64,000 nt of DNA. Source: Candidatus Bathyarchaeota archaeon (GTDB lineage Archaea > Thermoproteota > Bathyarchaeia > TCS64). The stretch is from assembly GCA_963771885.1 (NCBI GenBank), contig CAVYVF010000023.1, positions 576,001 through 640,000 on the forward strand. Direction: 5' to 3'. Positions 50,043 through 59,966 of this stretch are shown piece after piece. Position 1 is the first letter of the stretch, and each line of letters opens with the position of its first letter. A program made the translations under genes and the position numbers. Below the pieces are notes generated by a model. The model did no database searches, had not been told where the DNA came from, and worked only from the letters and a program-made list of their open reading frames with translations.

Positions 50043-52019
50043 CTAGAGGTATTTGTTGAACCAGCGGAGCACGTGCCCGAGGCGCGCCTCCCTGTGCTTC
50101 GGCTTCCCACTTCGACTTAGTTCGTGGTTCTCGCCGGGGAACCTGACGAACTCAGTTGGCACCCCGAGGTATTTGAGGGCGGTGTAGAACTGCTCCCCCT
50201 GCTCCATGGGGCACCTGTAGTCCTCCTCGCTGTGGAGGACGAGTGTGGGTGTAGTTACGTTCTTCACGTATCTTATCGGGCTCTTCTCCATGAACGCCTC
50301 CTCGTTCTCCCACGGTGTACCCATCATCTCACGCTTCCCGAATGTCCACCCGATGTCCGAGGTGCCAAAGAAGCTGACCCAGTTGCTTATGCTCCTCATC
50401 GTCACAGCCGCCTTGAAGCGTGTGGTGTGGGTGACGATCCAGTTTGTCATGAATCCGCCGTAGCTGCCACCGAGGCACGCTAGGCGCTCGCCGTCGATCC
50501 ACGGGTAGTTCTTGGCGCAGTAGTCGACCGCTTCCATGATGTCCGCGTAGTCCTGCTCTCCGTAGTGGCCGGGGAGGTTAGCCTGGTAGTCCTCTGTGTA
50601 ACCGCCGCTACCCCACGGGTTGATGTACATAACGGTATAGCCCTTGCCGGCGAGTACCTGATGCTCGTGCATCATTGCGTTCCCAAAGACGCCTCGGGGT
50701 CCGCCGTGGATCTCGACCGCCATAGGGTACTTCTTACCCTTTTTGAAGCCCGACGGCTTCATGATCCAGCCCTCGACGACGTGTCCACCGCTCGACTTGA
50801 ATGTGAAGCGCTCGTGTGGTCGGAGGTCTAGCCCGTCTATCCACTTTTTATTGAAGTCGGTGACGCGCCTGTCCTTGCCCTCAATTCTGACCCATAGGTC
50901 CGAGGGGCGTGTTGTGTGTAGGGTGGTATAGACTATGTGGTCCATGTCAGTGAGGCTCCAAGACTCGACGCCATGGTCGACTTCGCCGAGAAGCTTTTCG
51001 ACTTTCCCCCCCTTCGCCTTTACCCTGTTGAGGCTGCTTACACCGCCAAAATTGCTGGTGAAGTAGATGTATCCATCGACTCGCCACTGAGGCGTTGGGT
51101 CGAGAGAGCTGACGCGAACGTCGCTGCTTATCTTCACGCCTAGGTCGGGCTCGAAGCCCTCGGTCAGCTTCCTCGCAGCCCCACCCTCGGCTGGCATGAT
51201 CCAGATATCCGCTTTCGTAGCACCTCCCCTCCTGTAGTCGTGCCCGGCGAAGGCGATTTCCCTGCCGTCGGGGGACGGGCAGACACCGACCATACCTCCG
51301 CCGGCGCCGCTTATACTCCAAGTACCCGCCGTGAGTTGGATCGGTTCACCCTTTGGGCCGACGCGATAGATGTGATCGTAGTCGTCGAGGTCGGCGTCAG
51401 GCTCGACGTTACCATAGAATAGAATCTCCGAGCCTATCCACTCAGCGCCGTCGATCTTCCATTCCCCTCTCGTCACCTGCTTTGGCTTACCGCCCCGAAG
51501 GGGCAGCGTGAATACATGCTTGAAGACACCGGGGAAAAAGCCGCGCCCGTTGAACTTGTAGCTAAGGCGGGTTATGTGTTTCTCGTCCCCCTTCGGCGCC
51601 TCTTGCTGAGTCGGACTCACAAAGAGTACCTGTCGCCCGTCGGGGCTCCACTTCGGAGCCTCAATTCCAAGTTTTACGTCAGTCAGCTTTCTCGCCTCTC
51701 CGCCAGCGACCTCTATGACGTAGAGCTGGGGCTTCTTCTTCTCCTCTCCCTCCTTTGCCTGAGGTGTCGAGGTGAAGAGCAGACTACTCCCGTCTGGCGA
51801 CCAACGTGGCCCTTTATCCTTTCCCCTCCCCGATGTGAACTGCTGTGCCACGCCGGATATGACGTCAGCGAGCCAGATGTCGCTCATGTATTCATCCTTC
51901 TCGTTGTTGAGGGTCGTATGTACGAACGCCACGCGCTTCCCATCGGGGGAGACACGCACATCGGACACAAGCCTCAGTCTGAAAAGGTCCTTGATATCAA
52001 CCGGTTTCCTATTCGCCAA
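50043..52019 (-). CDS. S9 family peptidase (acylaminoacyl peptidase)
   Basis: WSPDG propeller repeats, IHGGP, GGSYGG, EEDYRCP, ENHELSRSG. Confidence 0.95.
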   Translation of the reverse strand: MANRKPVDIKDLFRLRLVSDVRVSPDGKRVAFVHTTLNNEKDEYMSDIWLADVISGVAQQFTSGRGKDKGPRWSPDGSSLLFTSTPQAKEGEEKKKPQLYVIEVAGGEARKLTDVKLGIEAPKWSPDGRQVLFVSPTQQEAPKGDEKHITRLSYKFNGRGFFPGVFKHVFTLPLRGGKPKQVTRGEWKIDGAEWIGSEILFYGNVEPDADLDDYDHIYRVGPKGEPIQLTAGTWSISGAGGGMVGVCPSPDGREIAFAGHDYRRGGATKADIWIMPAEGGAARKLTEGFEPDLGVKISSDVRVSSLDPTPQWRVDGYIYFTSNFGGVSSLNRVKAKGGKVEKLLGEVDHGVESWSLTDMDHIVYTTLHTTRPSDLWVRIEGKDRRVTDFNKKWIDGLDLRPHERFTFKSSGGHVVEGWIMKPSGFKKGKKYPMAVEIHGGPRGVFGNAMMHEHQVLAGKGYTVMYINPWGSGGYTEDYQANLPGHYGEQDYADIMEAVDYCAKNYPWIDGERLACLGGSYGGFMTNWIVTHTTRFKAAVTMRSISNWVSFFGTSDIGWTFGKREMMGTPWENEEAFMEKSPIRYVKNVTTPTLVLHSEEDYRCPMEQGEQFYTALKYLGVPTEFVRFPGENHELSRSGKPKHREARLGHVLRWFNKYL

Positions 52020-52164
52020 GAAGCACCACGAGTGTAAGTTTCCCTATACCCTTTAAAAATATCCGCAGGATATCCCTGCAAAAATTAATAGAACTTATAA
52101 AAGAGTGCGTTGATTAGGTGTGGTGCTCAGCCGGGGATAATACCCTGGAGATGGGGCGAATAAT

Positions 52165-52458
52165 ATGGGAAAGAGTCAAGGTCCACGCAGGAAGAGCAGA
52201 GCGGCCCTCACTAAAAAAGTAAGGGAGCGCGGCAAGCTACCGCTAAGTAGACTACTAACGGAGTACTTACCCGGCGAGAAGGTCATCATAAAGATCGACC
52301 CCGCCATACACAAAGGGATGCCCCACAAGAGATTCGCGGGTCAGGTCGCCACAGTGAAGGCAAAGCGCGGGAAGGCATATGTTGTAGAGATTCCGCAGAC
52401 GAAGATAGTTAAAACCATCATAGCCTTACCCCAGCACCTTAGGAAGCACGTCGACTAG
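52165..52458 (+). CDS. rpl21e: 50S ribosomal protein L21e
   Basis: IDPAIHKGMPHKRF.G, P.HLR. Confidence 0.96.
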   Translation: MGKSQGPRRKSRAALTKKVRERGKLPLSRLLTEYLPGEKVIIKIDPAIHKGMPHKRFAGQVATVKAKRGKAYVVEIPQTKIVKTIIALPQHLRKHVD

Positions 52459-52471
52459 AGGGGTTTTCTAC

Positions 52472-52798
52472 ATGTCCGTAGTTGAGAAGAAGGAGATAAC
52501 CGTCGCCGAGGCAAAGGCGCTTCTCGAAGCCAAGGCGGAGGAACTCGACCCGCTCCAGCGCAGGGTGCTCGACTACACCGTCCGCTTCGCTAAGACGAGC
52601 GGTGAGGAGTCAGATAAGCTCGTCACTGAGCTCATGGCGAAGGGGGGTATCGAGAGGCAGCTGGCCGTCCAACTCGCGAATTGTATGCCCGGCAGTGTAG
52701 CGGAGATTCGTACCTTCCTCGGTCGCCAGAGGATCATATCTGAGGAAGCGGTAAACGACATTCTAACAATAATTAAGAAATACAGGGCCGCGCCATAG
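52472..52798 (+). CDS. rpoF: RNA polymerase subunit Rpo4 (F)
   Basis: ITVAEAK, LDY..RFAK, LANCMP.SVAEIR; conserved position after rpl21e. Confidence 0.9.
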   Translation: MSVVEKKEITVAEAKALLEAKAEELDPLQRRVLDYTVRFAKTSGEESDKLVTELMAKGGIERQLAVQLANCMPGSVAEIRTFLGRQRIISEEAVNDILTIIKKYRAAP

Positions 52799-52817
52799 GC
52801 TACTGTAGCTCTCCCGG

Positions 52818-53414
52818 GTGAACGACTTGTATAGGGATCAGAAGAAATACGAAGAGTATGCATACGTCTTGGACTATCTCTCACACGGTCGACCCGGCGC
52901 GCCGAGGACGCCACATACATCGAGCGGCGTCGTACAGATGGTGGGCGAGTCCTACTTTACCCTCCTTGAGGCCTCCCCGAAGAAGGACGCCGACTACAGC
53001 CCGCGGGACAGGATATTTGTGGGCAAAGGGGACAGGGCGCTCGTATCCCACATAATCGGCAGGGTCGCATACAATGACCTCACTAGCTCGGCGAGGGCAG
53101 AGCTACCCGGCCTTATCGAGGTCGTCGTCAGAGCAAACGAGCCCTTCTTCGTCAACTTCTTCAACACGAGTCAACCGGTTACGCCGAGGATGCACAGCCT
53201 CGAGCTTATTCCCGGCATCGGGAAGAGGCTCATGTTCCATATACTTGACATACGGGAAAAGTCGCCATTCAAGAGCTTCAAGGACATTGAGGAGCGCGCA
53301 AACCTGAAGGACGTGGCGGGGCTTCTCACTAAGCGCGTGCTCGAGGAGCTCAGTCAGGAGGAAAAATACCTCCTCTTCACCCGCCCGAGTGCGGAGCACA
53401 CATACCCCATATAG
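52818..53414 (+). CDS. DUF655 family putative RNA-binding protein
   Basis: YEEYAYVLDYL, FTLLE, TPRMHSLELIPGIGK. Confidence 0.92.
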   Translation: MNDLYRDQKKYEEYAYVLDYLSHGRPGAPRTPHTSSGVVQMVGESYFTLLEASPKKDADYSPRDRIFVGKGDRALVSHIIGRVAYNDLTSSARAELPGLIEVVVRANEPFFVNFFNTSQPVTPRMHSLELIPGIGKRLMFHILDIREKSPFKSFKDIEERANLKDVAGLLTKRVLEELSQEEKYLLFTRPSAEHTYPI

Positions 53415-53478
53415 GGATAATCTTTTTACCTTCAGGTGTAGACTAATAACCCGATTAGGGTTGAGGCTGGACGAGGAG

Positions 53479-54219
53479 ATGGGGGAACTCCGGAAGGAGC
53501 TGCAGAGCTTCCGCACGGAGACGAGGCACCGCCTCGAGCTCATTGAGAGCGAGGTGACCAAGCAGGTCAGCCTCAATTACAACCGCGCCATAATCGACTA
53601 TCTACAAGGCGCGACGCTCGACTTCATTGACTCCCTCAAGTGCGCCAAGGGCGAGAACGAGGCGAGATGCAAGCATGGTATGAAGGAGGTCCAGAAGCAG
53701 TATCTTGAGCTGCTCAAAACGGGTAGGATCAGGGACAGCCTCGGCGCACTTAGAGGTGCCGTTGAAGCTACAGTGAAGATGGAGGCCAAGCTCACCGCGG
53801 GGGGTCAGACATCTTGTGCCGAGTGTATGAGGAAGGAGGTGGAGTTCCTTGAGATCAATGGCGGGCTTCTCAACCAACTCACGATGCTCCAGGAACCGAG
53901 GTCAGTTGTAGTCGATGAGAGGAGTTCTATCTCATCTCTCGATGCCGTCGCAATGGAGGAGGGCATACTCGACCCGGTCGCCCATAGGGCTCGGCTCCAG
54001 ATAATGCTCAGCATCTTTAAAGGGGAAAACAGGTTCGCCGACTTTACCTCCGCCACAGGCCTTAGGGGTGGTCACCTCCTATATCACATAAACAAGCTCC
54101 TTGACGGTGGACTCGTCCAACAGTACGAGTCGAAGGACTATGTCCTGACGCGCAAGGGGTTGAAGACGCTCGTCCTCCTCGCTCAGATGGGGGAGGAGCT
54201 TGCCCCCGCGGCGGAATAG
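53479..54219 (+). CDS. Winged-helix regulator with Cys-containing N-terminal helical domain
   Basis: C-terminal DPVAHRARLQIM...FADF...GLRGGHLLYHINKL...YVLTRKG. Confidence 0.78.
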   Translation: MGELRKELQSFRTETRHRLELIESEVTKQVSLNYNRAIIDYLQGATLDFIDSLKCAKGENEARCKHGMKEVQKQYLELLKTGRIRDSLGALRGAVEATVKMEAKLTAGGQTSCAECMRKEVEFLEINGGLLNQLTMLQEPRSVVVDERSSISSLDAVAMEEGILDPVAHRARLQIMLSIFKGENRFADFTSATGLRGGHLLYHINKLLDGGLVQQYESKDYVLTRKGLKTLVLLAQMGEELAPAAE

Positions 54220-54314
54220 CCGGCTTCAGTCCCTTTATATTATTATGCGCCGATCCCGGCATCAGGAGCCATTATGTTTTTAAGAATCCTGATGTGCATG
54301 TCTGTGGATAAACC

Positions 54315-54812
54315 TTGAACGCCAGGAACTTCAGGAACCCAGACCGCATGGCTTACACGCGGCGCAAGTTCATGGGCGGCATACCCGGAAACAAAATCGT
54401 CAAATTCACAATGGGCAACACGGGCAAGAAGTTCCCGGTGAGGGTAGAGCTGATCAACCTCGAGCACAGCCAGATCAGGAACAACAGCCTTGAGGCGGCG
54501 CGCATCGCGGCCAACAGGCAGCTTGAGCTTCAGCTCGGCACTGACTACTCTATGAAAGTGATACCCTTCCCCCACATTGTGCTCAGGGAGCACAAGCGTG
54601 TCAACGTCGCCCAGGCTGACCGTTTCCAGGAGGGCATGAAGCGCCCGTATGGTAAGCCTACAGGCACAGCGGCCCGCGTCAAACGCGGTGAGCCCCTGAT
54701 AGTCATCGAAGTCGAGCAGGCGGGCGTCGAGGTGGCGAAGGAAGCCCTTAAAAGGGCAATGGACAAGTTCCCTATTCCGAGCAGGATCTTCGTAAAAGAG
54801 AACACAGAGTAG
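54315..54812 (+). CDS. rpl10e: 50S ribosomal protein L10e (uL16)
   Basis: QIRNNSLEAARIAANR, PHIVLREHK, ADRFQEGM..YGKP.GTAARV. Confidence 0.97.
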   Translation: MNARNFRNPDRMAYTRRKFMGGIPGNKIVKFTMGNTGKKFPVRVELINLEHSQIRNNSLEAARIAANRQLELQLGTDYSMKVIPFPHIVLREHKRVNVAQADRFQEGMKRPYGKPTGTAARVKRGEPLIVIEVEQAGVEVAKEALKRAMDKFPIPSRIFVKENTE

Positions 54813-54814
54813 AC

Positions 54815-54840
54815 CCGGGATTTATCCCGGTTTGTTTTCT
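54815..54840 (+). terminator. Hairpin plus T-rich tract after rpl10e
   Basis: ccggga-ttta-tcccgg then tttgttttct. Confidence 0.55.
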
Positions 54841-54972
54841 ACGACGGTATGTATGAAATGGTTTTTTCACAGATCGACGTGTAAATAATATTATTTTTTG
54901 GTTACTTTCGGTGAAATTGGTTTAGAAACTATGTATTTAACGTATACCATTTTTCCTGGTTCAAATGGTTGG

Positions 54973-56349
54973 TTAGATTTTACCGTATTCCCAGAGGAAG
55001 GCGGCACACATCTTTGCCGTAGTGATGAACTCCTCGATGCCTATCCACTCGTTAGGCGCATGGGCGTAGTGAGGTGGCATCCCGTCGCTGCCCGAGGAGG
55101 CGGAGACCATCTTGAGCGGTGGGGCCGTGTAGTACATGCTTGGCCCCGTGCCGCCGCTCATGGGATAGATGAGTGGCTCGTTGAAGCCGAGGTCTTGTAT
55201 AGCTGCCCTGTGTGCAGCGACTATGCGAGTGTCAGAGGGGCTCCTGTGGGCATTCGCCTTCCAGCCGTTGAGCTTTAACTCGACGTCTGTGAAGCCGTGG
55301 CTCTTGAGGTGAGTCTCGACCTTGTACCAGACGTCATCGGCGTCCATGCCAGGGACGAGGCGTATATCCATATTTGCCTTCGCCCACGGCGGATTGATGG
55401 TGTAGGCGGCAGGTCCGACGTAGCCGGACTGGAGCCCGTTTATCGTGAGGGTTGGCTCGAACATATATGCCTCGATGAGGTCGGCGCCGTGTAGCCCCCT
55501 CATGAAGCCCTTGACGCCCCACTGCCTCTTCATCTTATCCTCCTCACCTGTCGCCGCTAACATTTCAAGGAGTTTTCTATCGCCGTGCTCAGGCCCCTTG
55601 ACGTTGTCGTAAAAGCCCTCAACAGCAATCCTGTCGTCCTCGCCCTTCATGCTCTCGAGGGCCCAGACGAGGCGCCAAGCCGGGTTCTCGACGACGGGGG
55701 CACAGCTGCTGTGAACAGGGCCGCGGCTATGGTCGCAGACGAGTTGCAGGTCTATGCAGCCCTTGCCTCCCAGGGTGATCCTCGTGTCTCTATGCTGTGT
55801 GCTGAATGTTCCCGGGCACCACTCGGCCTCGGCTTTTAACATCTTCTCTGGGTGCTCTCGGAGGAAGCGGCGGAGTTGCCAGCTTCCAACCTCCTCCTCG
55901 CCATCGAATGTGAAAACGATGTTGACGGGGACACCTATGGTCTCCCTCAGAGCTTTTATCGCCAATAGTTCAGCGACTAGAGCGCCTTTGCTATTGATTG
56001 CTCCTCGGGCAACAATCCTACCGTCGATCATCTTCGCCTCGAAGGGAGGGCTCGCCCACTCGTCGAGCTCGCCGACGGGTTGAGTGTCATACATCTGGTA
56101 CGCCGTTAGGGTATGATGCGAGTCAGGGCTGAGCAGCTTGCCGTATATCACCGGGTTTCCTTCTCCCTCGACTGGCACGAGTTCGGCCTGGGCTCCGGTC
56201 TCCCTGATCATGTCGCGTACCATCTCGGCGCACTTGTAGACGTTCTCCCGCTCCCCCGAGACACTTGGCTGCCTTAAGAGCTCCTGGCAGCGTTTGATGT
56301 ACTCGTCGCGGTTGGCGTCTATTTGTTTGAACACCTTTTCTAGGGACAT
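54973..56349 (-). CDS. M20 family metallopeptidase/amidohydrolase
   Basis: MYDTQP, ARGAINSKG, DGEEEVGS, HAPNE. Confidence 0.9.
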   Translation of the reverse strand: MSLEKVFKQIDANRDEYIKRCQELLRQPSVSGERENVYKCAEMVRDMIRETGAQAELVPVEGEGNPVIYGKLLSPDSHHTLTAYQMYDTQPVGELDEWASPPFEAKMIDGRIVARGAINSKGALVAELLAIKALRETIGVPVNIVFTFDGEEEVGSWQLRRFLREHPEKMLKAEAEWCPGTFSTQHRDTRITLGGKGCIDLQLVCDHSRGPVHSSCAPVVENPAWRLVWALESMKGEDDRIAVEGFYDNVKGPEHGDRKLLEMLAATGEEDKMKRQWGVKGFMRGLHGADLIEAYMFEPTLTINGLQSGYVGPAAYTINPPWAKANMDIRLVPGMDADDVWYKVETHLKSHGFTDVELKLNGWKANAHRSPSDTRIVAAHRAAIQDLGFNEPLIYPMSGGTGPSMYYTAPPLKMVSASSGSDGMPPHYAHAPNEWIGIEEFITTAKMCAAFLWEYGKI

Positions 56350-56412
56350 CGCATTCCCGATGGCATCCTCCCCCGGAGCCTATTTTAATGTTACAACACA
56401 CCGTCTAATCGC

Positions 56413-57414
56413 ATGTACGAGCTCGAGCTTGAGCGAGTCATCTCCGAGATCAAGAAGAGAGGTGCTAGGAGGGTGCTCCTTCAGCTCCCGGACGGGATGC
56501 GCCCCTACGCCTTCGAGATTGCGGAGCACATAAGGGGGGAGACGCCCACCGAGGTCATGATCAGCGGTGACTCCTGCTACGGCGCCTGCGATATAGCCTC
56601 CCGGCAGGCGCTTGACCTGAACGTCGACCTTCTCATCCACTACGGCCACGCCTGCTTCGTTCAGTCCCCCGGCGTCCCCGTACTCTACATTGAAGCGCGG
56701 ATACAAATCGACGTCTCTAAAATGGTCGAAGCTGTCACTCCGAGCATATCGGATTGGGCTAGGGTCGGACTCACAAGCACTATCCAGCACACGCAGCAGC
56801 TGAGAGAGGTTGCTGAGGCGCTATCAAAGAAAGGCGTTAAGGCGCTTGTCGGCGAAGGAGGCGGACTTACGCCGGAGCCCGGGCAGGTGCTCGGCTGCAG
56901 TTACGCCGCCGCTACGAGGCTCCCAGAAGACGTCGACGGCTACATATTCATAGGCGGAGGCAGGTTCCACCCGCTCGGCCTCGCCCTGAAGACGGGAAAA
57001 CCCGTCATAGTAGCCAACCCATACAACGGCTCTGTAACTCGACTCGACGAGGGTGAACTAATGCAGCTCGCCAAGAGGCGCGTGGCACTCATCGAGGTTG
57101 CGAAGGCAGCGAAAAAGATTGGAATCATCGTAAGCTCAAAACTTGGGCAACGTGCTCTTGCGGATGCGATGGTCCTCGCCGAGAAACTCGGAGACAGGGA
57201 GAAGACCGCCTTCCTCATCTACGTCGACGAGGTCCGCGCCGACCAACTCAACAACTTCACCGAACCCGAGGCATTCGTCGAGACAGCATGCCCCCGTATC
57301 GCCCTTGACGGCGTCGCGGGAATCAATCGCCCCATACTCACAATAGCCGAGGCGCGCATCCTACTCGGCGAGAAGACATGGGAGCAGACCTGGGGCGCCG
57401 CCTACCTAGGCTAG
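56413..57414 (+). CDS. dph2: Diphthamide synthesis radical-SAM enzyme Dph2
   Basis: LQLPDG, CYGACD, HYGH, GQVLGC, ACPRI. Confidence 0.95.
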   Translation: MYELELERVISEIKKRGARRVLLQLPDGMRPYAFEIAEHIRGETPTEVMISGDSCYGACDIASRQALDLNVDLLIHYGHACFVQSPGVPVLYIEARIQIDVSKMVEAVTPSISDWARVGLTSTIQHTQQLREVAEALSKKGVKALVGEGGGLTPEPGQVLGCSYAAATRLPEDVDGYIFIGGGRFHPLGLALKTGKPVIVANPYNGSVTRLDEGELMQLAKRRVALIEVAKAAKKIGIIVSSKLGQRALADAMVLAEKLGDREKTAFLIYVDEVRADQLNNFTEPEAFVETACPRIALDGVAGINRPILTIAEARILLGEKTWEQTWGAAYLG

Positions 57415-57516
57415 GAAAGCTTCACCAATCAGTTTATTAAAAAGCGGAGGCATAACAGGAACGGTCCCCAGAGGACCGGCTCGATAAGCGGCGGTTGCCG
57501 ACACAGGCGCAACGAA

Positions 57517-58095
57517 ATGTCAAAGGCAAAAATAATCAAGAAGAACGTCTTCCCCGGCGAGGAGCTCGCGGTCATCGAGGAGTACAACAAGGGGGAGGGC
57601 AGCTACCAGGAAAACGGGCTGGTTCGCTCAGAGGAGCTCGGCGAGACGAGGCTCAACGCGGAGAGGAGGGCGATAGAGGTCAAGAAAGCGACAAAGAAGC
57701 TCAACCTCCCGCTCGAGGGCGTCGTCGTCATAGCCCAGACGGGCTCCGTGACGCGCCGGGACGCACGCGTCGACATCTTCCGCGTCGCAGGCAAGAGGAT
57801 CGCGCCGACCTACACTGGCGTTGTGCACATCAACGACGTTGCCCGTGAGTTCGGTAGGAACCTCGAGCAGGCGATACGCCCCGGTGATATAGTACGGGCT
57901 GTCGTCGCGAACACGAAGAACCGGATCATACAGCTCAGCATGGCGGGGCCGGAGTATGGCGTCGTCTACGCCTACTGTAGCAGGTGCGGCGGCATCATGG
58001 AGAATGATAAGGGCCGCCTGACGTGCCCCAAGTGTAAGCGCGTCGAGCGCCGGCAGATGGCGAGGAGCTACGGCAAGGAGGATATCTCATCATGA
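57517..58095 (+). CDS. csl4: Exosome RNA-binding subunit Csl4
   Basis: VFPGEELAVIEE, PGDIVRA, GVVYAYCSRCG...CPKC..VERR. Confidence 0.93.
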   Translation: MSKAKIIKKNVFPGEELAVIEEYNKGEGSYQENGLVRSEELGETRLNAERRAIEVKKATKKLNLPLEGVVVIAQTGSVTRRDARVDIFRVAGKRIAPTYTGVVHINDVAREFGRNLEQAIRPGDIVRAVVANTKNRIIQLSMAGPEYGVVYAYCSRCGGIMENDKGRLTCPKCKRVERRQMARSYGKEDISS

Positions 58096-58385
58096 AGCTT
58101 AACATTGTAAAGGAAGAGGAAGGATACGTCGAGGTGGAGTTCGGCAGTGAGGGCCACACGCTTCTTAACCTGTTGCAGACTAGTCTGCTGGAGGACGCCG
58201 CCGTTGAGATGGCGGGTTATACGCGTCCTCATCCTTTGATGGATAGGAGTAGGCTCTTTATCCGCTTTAAGGGTAAGAAGGTGAATCCTATGGAGGTTCT
58301 TAAGAAGGCGGCGGATAATGCTGAGGCTAAGCTCGCTGAGTTTGATGAGGGCTTCAAGCAGGGTGTCTCCAACCTTAAGAAGTAA
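58092..58385 (+). CDS. rpoL: RNA polymerase subunit Rpo11 (L)
   Basis: EGHTLLNLL, AGY..PHPL. Confidence 0.95.
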   Translation: MKLNIVKEEEGYVEVEFGSEGHTLLNLLQTSLLEDAAVEMAGYTRPHPLMDRSRLFIRFKGKKVNPMEVLKKAADNAEAKLAEFDEGFKQGVSNLKK

Positions 58386-58408
58386 GCCGCGTAGCATTTT
58401 CACTAGGC

Positions 58409-58882
58409 TTGACTTTCCAGAGGATACGCCAGGTAAAGAGGGAGATACGAGTCCTCGGCGTAGCGGCGAGACGCGACGTTAAGGGATACATTATTATCGG
58501 CATTGTTTACCGGGGGAACCTCTGGCTTGACGGCGCCCTCATGGCGAATTCAGACAGTGACGATCTCACAACCGCCATCGCGGACATGCTGGCGGGCTCC
58601 ACCCACTCGGGGCAGGTACGCGTCATCCTCCTTAGCCGACACAACCTCCCATCCGAAGCTAGGCTAGATGCATCTGAACTCTATGCTAAGGCCGGGAAAC
58701 CCGTCATCATACTCGGCGACGGCACTTTATGGGTCTGGAAAACCGGGGGCAAGGAGATACACTACACTGCCGAGGGACTTGACCGCTGGACAGCCGAGGC
58801 CGTTCTTAGGGCTTCCACACGTGAATGTGTAACCCCTGAAGCCCTCAGGGTGGCTGCGTTAACACTATCCGCTTTAGCTTGA
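58409..58882 (+). CDS. DUF99 family protein (acidic motifs degenerate)
   Basis: KREIRVLG, GIVYRG..WLDG, QVRVILL, GKPVI, PEALRVA. Confidence 0.75.
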   Translation: MTFQRIRQVKREIRVLGVAARRDVKGYIIIGIVYRGNLWLDGALMANSDSDDLTTAIADMLAGSTHSGQVRVILLSRHNLPSEARLDASELYAKAGKPVIILGDGTLWVWKTGGKEIHYTAEGLDRWTAEAVLRASTRECVTPEALRVAALTLSALA

Positions 58883-58948
58883 GGGTTAGATGCATAAGGT
58901 ATTAATAGAACCAGTCGGGGTTAAGGGCTGTTGATGGAGGAGTAAAAA

Positions 58949-59269
58949 ATGAAGTTTTGCTCTAAATGCGGGACAATGTGCACCCTCGACCACAAGAAGA
59001 GGTGCTACATATGCCCCAAGTGCGGCGCCGAGCAGCCCATGACCGAGGCGATAAAGATAGAGCGCGAGGTAAAGGGTGAGGATAAGATCGTCGTAATCGG
59101 CAAGAAGGAGCAGAACCTCCGCACGACGGCGCAGACTAAGGCGGAATGCCCTAAATGCGGGAACGACAAGGCGTCCTGGTGGCAAGTCCAGACGCGCGGC
59201 ATTGATGAGTCGGCAACCCAGTTCTATAGGTGCACAAAGTGCGGCCACACGTGGCGCGACTACAGCTAA
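58949..59269 (+). CDS. tfs: Transcription elongation factor TFS
   Basis: MKFCSKCG, CPKCG, QTRGIDESATQFYRCTKCGHTWR. Confidence 0.93.
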   Translation: MKFCSKCGTMCTLDHKKRCYICPKCGAEQPMTEAIKIEREVKGEDKIVVIGKKEQNLRTTAQTKAECPKCGNDKASWWQVQTRGIDESATQFYRCTKCGHTWRDYS

Positions 59270-59542
59270 GCCCTTAACTCGGTCCTTTTACCCCCTACCA
59301 CTGGAACACATTTTATTACCATCGAACCCACGGCTACGCCCATGCTCGATAACAGGAAACTTGCTGGTCTGCTCTTCTATACCGCCTAGGCGCAGTGCGT
59401 GCGCATGCGGAAGTTCCTGTTTTCTAACCCTATTCGCTTAAAGAACACATAAAACGGTCCCAATTACCCACCGATCCACCCACAAGAGGTGTGTATCTTT
59501 ACAAAATGTGATCATGCCCGCGAATGCGGGTAGACTGAGATG

Positions 59543-59725
59543 TTAAATGAGGCGGTGGGTGCGTTGGAGATCCTTGCGCATCCAGTTATAGTGCCTCAGA
59601 GTCTTTGTCTCACCGAAACCACACGCGGCACACACCTTGAGCCTCATGTGATAAGCCCTGCGTCCGCAGCGCCTACACCTCATGTGAGTCCGCTTCCCTG
59701 TATGAAGAGCATGCTTAGTCGGCAT
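59543..59725 (-). CDS. rpl37e: 50S ribosomal protein L37e
   Basis: THMRCRRCGRRAYH...CAACGFG....RHYNW. Confidence 0.95.
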   Translation of the reverse strand: MPTKHALHTGKRTHMRCRRCGRRAYHMRLKVCAACGFGETKTLRHYNWMRKDLQRTHRLI

Positions 59726-59735
59726 TCAAATACAC

Positions 59736-59966
59736 CTAACCCTCGGGCGGCGGAGAGATCATGATCACGTTGTCGCCGCGGAGCACTATCGTCCCAATCA
59801 TCTCGTTCTTCATCGGGTCGCTGACGTTCTCCGCGTCCTTGAGTACAAGGTTGACGTGCTGGTCGAAACCTTCGAGGGTACCCCTCAGCGTCTTGCCGCC
59901 CCTCACCTTTATGAGGACGGTCTTTCCAAGACTGCGCTCAAGGACCCGCTCAATCATCTCAGCCAA
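59736..59966 (-). CDS. Sm-like (Lsm/SmAP1) protein
   Basis: GTLEGFDQHVNLVL, IVLRGDNVIMISP; linked to rpl37e. Confidence 0.95.
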   Translation of the reverse strand: MAEMIERVLERSLGKTVLIKVRGGKTLRGTLEGFDQHVNLVLKDAENVSDPMKNEMIGTIVLRGDNVIMISPPPEG

